NCBI GenBank assembly: GCA_963727775.1
Contig: CAVSHB010000001.1
Coordinates: 1,184,001 to 1,248,000, forward strand
Direction: 5' to 3'
DNA: 64,000 nucleotides
From: an uncultured Nitrospiraceae bacterium
Lineage (GTDB): Bacteria > Nitrospirota > Thermodesulfovibrionia > Thermodesulfovibrionales > SM23-35
A program made the translations under genes and the position numbers. Under the pieces are notes generated by a model that worked only from the letters and a program-made list of their open reading frames with translations, was not told where the DNA came from and did not search any database. Positions 57,075 through 64,000 of this stretch are shown piece by piece; position 1 is the first letter of the stretch, and each line of letters begins with the position of its first letter.

Positions 57075-59064
57075 TGCTCTTTGTCAGTCCCTTCAATTCC
57101 AACATTATCCGCATGTCGAATTGACCGGGACTCTTGATGGCCTGAAGGCTTATCCCCCAGCACTGTTTTAAATATTTGAAGGTCACCGAGGATTGTGCTA
57201 TCTGCTTTGCTTTCTCGTCATACCAGATGTTGCCTTCCACGTATAAGGGTTTATACGGATGGAATTTAATGTAGCCCGTGTAATATTCAGTATCATCGCT
57301 TACGTTATATCTCTGCCCCATAGAAACAAATACATCGGAAATCGTGACAGAGATATCGGAGTATGCGCTATCGACCTTGCCGGTTTGAAAATTGTAATTT
57401 ACATCGAATCTTAATGAGACCGGCTTTTTAAGGCCGAGCTCAATGTTAAAAGGCAGTAACGCCTGATTACCGAGAAATGTATCGAACCCCTGTGAAACCT
57501 TGAAAACCATAAACTCTCCATCCTTGTTCAGAAACCTGTTCAGCAGGGAAAGGCCGATAGTAGACGTCCTCTTAAACAACTCTGTTGAATCGAATACCGG
57601 GAGATTCGAGAGATTATTCTCGGAATCTGTAATAAGCGTGTAACTTAAAGAAGGCTCGATAATATGGGTAAATGATTCGTACCTTTTCAATAGCCTGGTA
57701 TGCGCCGTCAGGCTGTATTCGAGGGCTTCTTTGTGTGGAGAGGTCTGATCATCATTTCCCTGCAGAGAATAGGCCGTCTCACGCAAGCCGAGCGCCTGTG
57801 ATATCTGGATATCGTTCCCAAAAGTATTTAATATCCTCGGGTATATATCTATCCTCTGTCCGCCTTGGTTTGCGCTGCTGCCGAAATTTGCGAATGTTGT
57901 CGCAGCGGAGATCCAGAAATACCCGATCTTTGTAGGGTTCAGAACATAGCCAGCTTCAGGCAATTTTTGGGCAGGCGCAACGCTGTTTGGTTCAAGGTCG
58001 ATCCAGTATTGAGACAAGAGATAAGCGCGGGAATTTGAAAAGGGAAGGTTTATTTCTCCTGTAGATTCAAGAAAACGGTTAGTGCGGACTTCAATCTCAC
58101 GGCCGAACTCACTGTAATAATCCTTTTCATTTATAAGATTTATGTTCAGGTATCCGCCAATACCTTCCGTTGATCTCTGATCGTGTAACCCCCTAAATTC
58201 CAGGAAATCCTTATCCAGCAATCTGTCCTGTAGGTGGGAAAACCACCATTTGCCTTGTATATTTCCGGGTTCAACATACCGTAATTCAAGGTCTTCTTCA
58301 AGACCTCTTTTTGAATACTCATTCAATGTGAAGGTCATATCCCGGTTTTCAGAAATCGCCCAGTAAAATGGAATATTGAAGTAAAAGCCATTTGTATTGC
58401 TATAACCGGCATAAGGAGTGAGAAATCCCGTAGCTCTGTCGGTGAGGAAGGGTGCCCTGAAATAAGGAGTATAAAAAACAGGGATGTCCTTAATCCGGAA
58501 TGTGACATCCTTTGCCTTTAATGTATCTTCAACTACTGCGTCAATATCTTTGCCGCTGAAACACCATGCAGGCACAGGGGCGTCACAAGTAGTAAAGACA
58601 GACCTGGGACTGGTATAATATTTTTCTCCTTTTTTTTCTATTACCTTTCCTTTGATATGAAAATCGCCTTTTTTGATTATAACTTCCGCATCGTACAGTG
58701 TGCCTGTCTTGTCGTCGAGATTTAATTCCGCTTTACTCGCTGTAAAAGATGCGTCCTTTTCGGTATACTTCACATTACCGACAGCGACCGTTTCAGAGGT
58801 TTGGTCGTTATAGGTCATCTCATCGGCCTCAATATGCTCATCAGCCTTTTGGATCTTTACCTTGCCTTTTGCAATATAGGTTGTCGTCTCCTTATTGTAT
58901 TCAAGGCTTTCGGATACAATGTTTGTTTTCTCCTCCGCGAAACAGAAAGAAGCGGAAAACATATAACAAACAGCAAACAGCATACAGCAAACAGCATACA
59001 GGAAGATTGACCTGTTCTTTTTGCCGTTTGCCGAAACCCGTTTGATGTCTGTTTTTGTTGTCAT
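57064..59064 (-). CDS. lptD: LPS assembly protein LptD
   Basis: OstA-like N-terminus, FTTC...PAW, PFYWAI, beta-barrel, QCW near the C-terminus. Confidence 0.88.
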   Translation of the reverse strand: MTTKTDIKRVSANGKKNRSIFLYAVCCMLFAVCYMFSASFCFAEEKTNIVSESLEYNKETTTYIAKGKVKIQKADEHIEADEMTYNDQTSETVAVGNVKYTEKDASFTASKAELNLDDKTGTLYDAEVIIKKGDFHIKGKVIEKKGEKYYTSPRSVFTTCDAPVPAWCFSGKDIDAVVEDTLKAKDVTFRIKDIPVFYTPYFRAPFLTDRATGFLTPYAGYSNTNGFYFNIPFYWAISENRDMTFTLNEYSKRGLEEDLELRYVEPGNIQGKWWFSHLQDRLLDKDFLEFRGLHDQRSTEGIGGYLNINLINEKDYYSEFGREIEVRTNRFLESTGEINLPFSNSRAYLLSQYWIDLEPNSVAPAQKLPEAGYVLNPTKIGYFWISAATTFANFGSSANQGGQRIDIYPRILNTFGNDIQISQALGLRETAYSLQGNDDQTSPHKEALEYSLTAHTRLLKRYESFTHIIEPSLSYTLITDSENNLSNLPVFDSTELFKRTSTIGLSLLNRFLNKDGEFMVFKVSQGFDTFLGNQALLPFNIELGLKKPVSLRFDVNYNFQTGKVDSAYSDISVTISDVFVSMGQRYNVSDDTEYYTGYIKFHPYKPLYVEGNIWYDEKAKQIAQSSVTFKYLKQCWGISLQAIKSPGQFDMRIMLELKGLTKSIKT
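58971..59001. repeat. Heptamer tandem repeat CAGCA(A/T)A x4 in lptD signal region
   Basis: cagcaaa cagcata cagcaaa cagcata cag. Confidence 0.75.
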
Positions 59065-60389
59065 TCCCTCAGCCCTGTGAGTATGCCTTTCTTTCCGAGC
59101 GCTTCCTTGGCTTCTCCTATTGTATAAAAGGAACCGGTGACCACGATGAGTGAGTCCCTTTGTTTCATTGCCGTATTAAGGGCGTCTTTTACCGCCGGCT
59201 CGATTCTGTAATCATTGAAACCCAAAGATCCGGCGACATGCGCAAGCTGTTCAGGAGAAGCCGCCCGGCTATAAGCGGGAGAGGTAAGGATGATCTCTGA
59301 CGCCAGCGGCAATAACGGTCCCATTGTCCCATTTAAGTCTTTGTCGGCCATGATGCCGAGTATAAGTATAATCGTTTTATATTTTTTAAGGAAAACATTT
59401 TTCAATGCTGCGGAAAGCGCGGTTGCCGCAGCCGGGTTATGTGCGCCATCTACGACAACAGGAGGGTCTTCATGTATAAATTCAAGACGCCCGGGCCATT
59501 TGACATTGTTAAGGCCGTCCCTGATAAATTGATGAATCGTGTTTGATGAAATGTTATTACCCCTCTGCATCAGCAGAATCATTGCCGCCTTTATAGCAAC
59601 AGAGGCATTCTGCATTTGATGTTCACCTGTCAACGGCAGGAATAAATCTCTTATTACAGGCGCCCCGCCTTCATAATAGTCAAACCGGATTCCGGAGATA
59701 GTTACGTCATTAAGCGCAGAAGAAAAATCTTTGCCGCAGGAAAATAATTCGGCATTGCTCTCGCCTGTTTTTTTCTCTATTATTTGCATGACTTCGGAAG
59801 TTTGACGGGACATTACAACAGGGATATGCTCTTTTATGATGCCTGCTTTTTCATGTGCTATTTCTTTGAGTGTGTCTCCAAGGAAATCTTTGTGGTCATG
59901 GCTTATGCCTGTTATTACGGATACCTCCGGCATAATTATATTCGTAGCGTCAAGCCTGCCGCCCATCCCGACCTCTATTACCGCTATATCTATCTTCTTT
60001 CTTTTGAAATACAGCATTGCCATAGCAGTTACAACTTCGAAGAACGTAGGCGAAAAATCTTCAAAACCTGAAACAATTTCCCTGATCTCTCCGGCGAGGG
60101 TGACGACATCGCTTTCGGTGATCTCTGCGCCGTTGATCCTGATCCGCTCGGTGAAACTGATAAGATGGGGTGATGTGAAAAGGCCGACTCTGAACCCGGC
60201 GGATTTCAGAACAGATGCGATAATTGCAGACGTAGACCCTTTGCCGTTTGTGCCTGCAGCATGAACAGACAAAAAAGATTTGTGGGGGTCGCCCAAAGCG
60301 GACATGAGTCTGCTGATATTATCGAGCCCGAATTTTATGCCGTATTTCTGAAGGTTGAAGAGATACTGGACCGTATCGCCGTAACTCAT
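59061..60389 (-). CDS. folC: Folylpolyglutamate synthase/dihydrofolate synthase
   Basis: [30 protein letters not shown]. Confidence 0.95.
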   Translation of the reverse strand: MSYGDTVQYLFNLQKYGIKFGLDNISRLMSALGDPHKSFLSVHAAGTNGKGSTSAIIASVLKSAGFRVGLFTSPHLISFTERIRINGAEITESDVVTLAGEIREIVSGFEDFSPTFFEVVTAMAMLYFKRKKIDIAVIEVGMGGRLDATNIIMPEVSVITGISHDHKDFLGDTLKEIAHEKAGIIKEHIPVVMSRQTSEVMQIIEKKTGESNAELFSCGKDFSSALNDVTISGIRFDYYEGGAPVIRDLFLPLTGEHQMQNASVAIKAAMILLMQRGNNISSNTIHQFIRDGLNNVKWPGRLEFIHEDPPVVVDGAHNPAAATALSAALKNVFLKKYKTIILILGIMADKDLNGTMGPLLPLASEIILTSPAYSRAASPEQLAHVAGSLGFNDYRIEPAVKDALNTAMKQRDSLIVVTGSFYTIGEAKEALGKKGILTGLRE

Positions 60390-61219
60390 GCGAGCATTTC
60401 AAATAGTCTTGCGAGCGTTTCCTTCAGGTTTTTTCTATCTACAACCATATCGATCATCCCGTGTTCGAGGAGGAAATCGGCCCTCTGGAAATCATCGGGC
60501 AGGGGTTGTTTTATGGTCTGTTCTATTACTCTCGGACCCGCAAAGCCGATAAGGCTTTTCGGTTCGGCAATGATGATATCGCCCAATGTGGCAAAACTTG
60601 CGGTGACGCCGCCGAAAGTCGGGTCGCACAAAACAGATATATAAAGAAACCCGCTGTCTTTCAGTCTGCCTATCGCGGCAGATACCTTTGCCATTTGCAT
60701 CAATGAGAAAATGCCTTCCTGCATCCTCGCCCCGCCTGATGACGAGACGGCAATAAGTGGCTGTTTTTTTTCAATGGCCCTTTCTGCAGCCCTGGAAACC
60801 TTTTCGCCTACAACAGAGCCCATGCTCCCGCCCATGAAAGAAAAGTCCATGATAATGATACTCACAGGCCGGCCTTTTATTAAGGCGTCGCCTGAAATCA
60901 CGGCTTCTTTAAGGCCGCTTTTTTTCTGGTTCTCCTTAATCCTCTCTTTGTAAGAGATAGAATCTTTAAAATGAAGTGGGTCGACGGACGCGAGGTTTCC
61001 ATCCATCTCCACAAAGCTTCCTTCATCAACCAAAAGTTTCATACGCTCGCGCGCGCTTATCCTGAAATGGTAATTACATTTGGGACATATCTTGAGGTTT
61101 TTCTCAATCTCTTTCTTGTATATTATTTCCTTGCACCCGTCGCACTTGACCCAAAGTCCTTCGGGAACTTTTCCCTTCTTGTCTGTTCTTATTTCTTTTG
61201 TCTTTTTAAACCATGCCAT
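60386..61219 (-). CDS. accD: Acetyl-CoA carboxylase carboxyltransferase beta
   Basis: Zn finger, [20 protein letters not shown]. Confidence 0.96.
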   Translation of the reverse strand: MAWFKKTKEIRTDKKGKVPEGLWVKCDGCKEIIYKKEIEKNLKICPKCNYHFRISARERMKLLVDEGSFVEMDGNLASVDPLHFKDSISYKERIKENQKKSGLKEAVISGDALIKGRPVSIIIMDFSFMGGSMGSVVGEKVSRAAERAIEKKQPLIAVSSSGGARMQEGIFSLMQMAKVSAAIGRLKDSGFLYISVLCDPTFGGVTASFATLGDIIIAEPKSLIGFAGPRVIEQTIKQPLPDDFQRADFLLEHGMIDMVVDRKNLKETLARLFEMLA

Positions 61220-61246
61220 TTATCACAAGCCTCTCAAAGGGTGCGT

Positions 61247-62026
61247 TCACTTTATAGCTTCCCTCAGACCGACGAGATAATTTTTTAATTCTTCAGGGGA
61301 CTCATGCAGTCTTTTCACTATAGCGCTCCCGACGATAACGCCATCGGATATGCCGGCGACTGCCGATGCTTCCTCAGGGGTCGATACGCCGAACCCGACC
61401 GCAACCGGTTTGCCCGTATATCCCCTGATTTTTGCAACTGACATATCTATCGAGCCGTCGAGTGATATGTTTGTTCCTGTTATTCCCGTTATAGAAACAT
61501 AGTAGATAAAGCCGCTTGAAGCCCTTGATACTTTTTTTATTCGGTCCTTCGTAGAAGTCGGGGCGAGCAGGAATATAGTATTGAGTGCCTCCTTCTTTGA
61601 GAGGTGAATAAAATCTCCCGCTTCCTCAGGCGGCAGATCCGGGATAATGACGCCGTCAACTCCCGCATCTTTGGCGTCTTTGATAAAATTCTCTGTACCG
61701 TATTTAAATACAGGGTTGAAATAGGTCATAAGGACCAGGGGCACCTGCGTGAACTTTCTCATATCTTTGACCGTGGCAATGACGCTTCGTAAGGTTACGC
61801 CGTTTTTCAGTGCCCTTTCAGCTGCGCGCTGTATAGTAGGGCCGTCCGCCAATGGGTCTGAAAACGGCACGCCTAATTCGACAATATCGGCCCCGCATTC
61901 TTCGAACAAAAGCACGACCTCTTTGGTCTTTTCCAGTGATGGGTCTCCGGCCATAATATAAGGGATAAAAGCCTTTTTGCCTTTGCTCCTCAGTATCCTG
62001 AACGTCTTATCGATCCTGGTCAGCAT
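61247..62026 (-). CDS. trpA: Tryptophan synthase alpha
   Basis: [24 protein letters not shown]. Confidence 0.96.
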   Translation of the reverse strand: MLTRIDKTFRILRSKGKKAFIPYIMAGDPSLEKTKEVVLLFEECGADIVELGVPFSDPLADGPTIQRAAERALKNGVTLRSVIATVKDMRKFTQVPLVLMTYFNPVFKYGTENFIKDAKDAGVDGVIIPDLPPEEAGDFIHLSKKEALNTIFLLAPTSTKDRIKKVSRASSGFIYYVSITGITGTNISLDGSIDMSVAKIRGYTGKPVAVGFGVSTPEEASAVAGISDGVIVGSAIVKRLHESPEELKNYLVGLREAIK

Positions 62027-63216
62027 ATCTCTATCCCTTTTATCCTCGCGACCTGCTGGACATCTTTATCGCCCCTGCCCGAGAGGTTGGCGATAATAAT
62101 TTTATCCGGGGAGAGTTTTGGCGCGACCTTTAACACTTCCGCAACTGCGTGAGCGGATTCGAGAGCGGGTATGATGCCTTCTGTTTCCGACAGTATATCG
62201 AACGCATGGAGCGCTTCCTTATCTGTCGCATATGTATATTCAATGCGGCCGTTGTCCCTGAGGAAAGGGTGTTCAGGACCTATGGACGCATAATCAAGTC
62301 CTGCCGATACGGAATGCGTCCCGAGGACATTTCCGTTCTCGTCCTGCAGGAGATAGCTCTTGCATCCCTGAAAAACGCCGACGGAGCCGCCCGCGAACCG
62401 CGCGGCATGTTCGCCGGTTTCTATCCCTCTTCCTCCAGCTTCAACCCCGGTCATCTTTACCTCATTGTCCTGCAGAAACTCATGAAAAAGGCCTATCGCA
62501 TTGCTTCCTCCGCCTACACAGGCGATCAGATGATCAGGCAATCTACCTTCGGCAGCGAGGATCTGTCTCCTTGCCTCCCTGCCTATGACCGACTGAAAAT
62601 TCCTTACCATAACAGGGAACGGATGCGGCCCGAATACAGTCCCCAGCACGTAATGCGTTGTACTTACATTTGTTGTCCAGTCCCGCAGGGCCTCATTGAT
62701 CGCGTCCTTCAACGTCCTTGATCCAATCGGCACCTCCACAACCTTTGCACCGAGGAGCTTCATCCTGAATACATTCAACGCCTGTCTATGCATATCTTCA
62801 GTGCCCATATAAATATCACATTTTAGACCTACCAACGCCGCGCCTGTCGCGGTAGCCACGCCGTGCTGCCCGGCGCCTGTTTCCGCAATTACCCTTTGTT
62901 TGCCTATTTTTTTTGCCAGCAATACCTGGCCTACGGCATTATTAATCTTGTGCGCTCCGGTATGCGCGAGGTCTTCTCTCTTTAAGTATATCTTCGCACC
63001 GCCGAGACGCGCTGTAAGACGTTTCGCGAAATACAGCGGCGTAGGCCTGCCTATATACGTCTTCTGGAGATGGGCGAGCTCTTTTTGAAAATCCGCGTCT
63101 TTCTTCAAAAGGAAAAAAGCATCTTCAAGCTCTTTAAGCGCGGGCATTAAGGTCTCGGGCACGAACCGCCCGCCGTAAATACCAAAATAACCTTTGCTGT
63201 CGGGTAATTTTTTAAT
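62020..63216 (-). CDS. trpB: Tryptophan synthase beta, probable ATT start
   Basis: [24 protein letters not shown]. The conserved [15 protein letters not shown] lies upstream of the ORF-track GTG start. Confidence 0.95.
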   Translation of the reverse strand: MKKLPDSKGYFGIYGGRFVPETLMPALKELEDAFFLLKKDADFQKELAHLQKTYIGRPTPLYFAKRLTARLGGAKIYLKREDLAHTGAHKINNAVGQVLLAKKIGKQRVIAETGAGQHGVATATGAALVGLKCDIYMGTEDMHRQALNVFRMKLLGAKVVEVPIGSRTLKDAINEALRDWTTNVSTTHYVLGTVFGPHPFPVMVRNFQSVIGREARRQILAAEGRLPDHLIACVGGGSNAIGLFHEFLQDNEVKMTGVEAGGRGIETGEHAARFAGGSVGVFQGCKSYLLQDENGNVLGTHSVSAGLDYASIGPEHPFLRDNGRIEYTYATDKEALHAFDILSETEGIIPALESAHAVAEVLKVAPKLSPDKIIIANLSGRGDKDVQQVARIKGIEIC

Positions 63217-63651
63217 AGCGTCCTCCCAGGCATGAAGTATTTATTTTAAGTGCATATTATAGCTTATAACAGAGAAATATTTACACAATTTCGCCCGTGC
63301 TTGTGAACAGAATCACGATGGTTTTAAACAATCAGCGGCCCTTCCTGATCTATCGACGCCTTGGCCCCGATATGTTCGACGCGATGATGCCAATTGGAAC
63401 CAAGATAATAAAATCTCGCAAAACAAATATGTAATAAAGACTACGTCAAATAGGCCATCATTCAACTGTGGAAAAAGATTCTTTATAAGTATTTTCAATG
63501 AGATTTATTCTCCTGTATTTTTACTTTATCAAACTTCCCCTACAAAAAAAGTCAAACCTCCCTTACAGACTTTTGCAGAAGAAAAGAGTTAATATTGGGA
63601 GTAGAAACAAAACCGGCTTGTCTATAAATATTAATAAAATTAGGATTCTAA

Positions 63652-64000
63652 ATGAAAAAAGAAACAAAAAGGTTATCATTTCTTCTATTATTGTTATTCT
63701 TGCTTTTTGCGATGTCAGGCATATCGGAGGCGGATTTTGAAGGTACTATCGGAACGAGGTTTACCATAACAGACTCCGGGTTCGGAACAAAAAAACCTCA
63801 GGTGTATATTCAATATGAGAAAAAACCCGGAGTGGTCAAAAAGGTATACGCCAAAGTGGAAAAATGGAGCGGCACCTCGATTCCCTGTCTTTGGACGGAA
63901 ACCCTTTATGCCAGGACTTACAACCTATTTGTAAAGCCCAATATGGCAAAAGCCAATCCTATTGCTGAAGGTACATTCACAATCATGTCACCTTCCATTG
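63652..64000 (+). CDS. Secreted protein, partial (runs off window end)
   Basis: MKKETKRLSFLLLLLFLLFAMSGISEA signal peptide, then GTIGTRFTITDSGFGTKKP (IPT/TIG-like); open to base 64000. Confidence 0.7.
   Translation, partial: MKKETKRLSFLLLLLFLLFAMSGISEADFEGTIGTRFTITDSGFGTKKPQVYIQYEKKPGVVKKVYAKVEKWSGTSIPCLWTETLYARTYNLFVKPNMAKANPIAEGTFTIMSPSI

Noticed and set aside
63313..63498. 61-aa minus-strand ORF as a trp leader peptide or gene fragment
   Set aside because: Only one Trp, no attenuator seen, and no family I can support.
1..64000. CRISPR array, rRNA, tRNA, intact prophage, integron integrase
   Set aside because: No regularly spaced direct repeats, RNA gene signatures, phage structural genes or tyrosine recombinase were seen by eye.

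Overview
Bacterial chromosomal window. Gene content and style suggest an anaerobic diderm, probably Nitrospirota/Thermodesulfovibrionia-like; this is inference only. Core blocks: hemW, addAB-like helicase/nuclease, hpt-queD, acyl-CoA dehydrogenase, an A2-type cytochrome c oxidase operon, an M16 peptidase pair with a giant PPDK-like protein, and the minus-strand run trpB-trpA-accD-folC-lptD / tkt-ftsEX-envC-ctpA. Accessory patches at about 0.4-6.3, 13.9-17.1 and 43.7-48 kb hold 7 toxin-antitoxin pairs, IS21/IS3/ISNCY/IS200 remnants and a small integrase-less integron cassette array. Main signals missed by the ORF track: (1) a DsbC-like selenoprotein (UPYC at an in-frame UGA with a SECIS-like hairpin, plus an N-terminal CxxCH); (2) a ~145-nt multi-stem intergenic element in three copies whose arms co-vary; (3) a 159-bp MITE inserted exactly at the GTT crossover of an attC site; (4) trpB apparently starting at ATT; (5) an FKBP-glycosyltransferase fusion and a 1462-aa dikinase-like protein of unknown substrate. 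No tRNA, rRNA or CRISPR array was seen.
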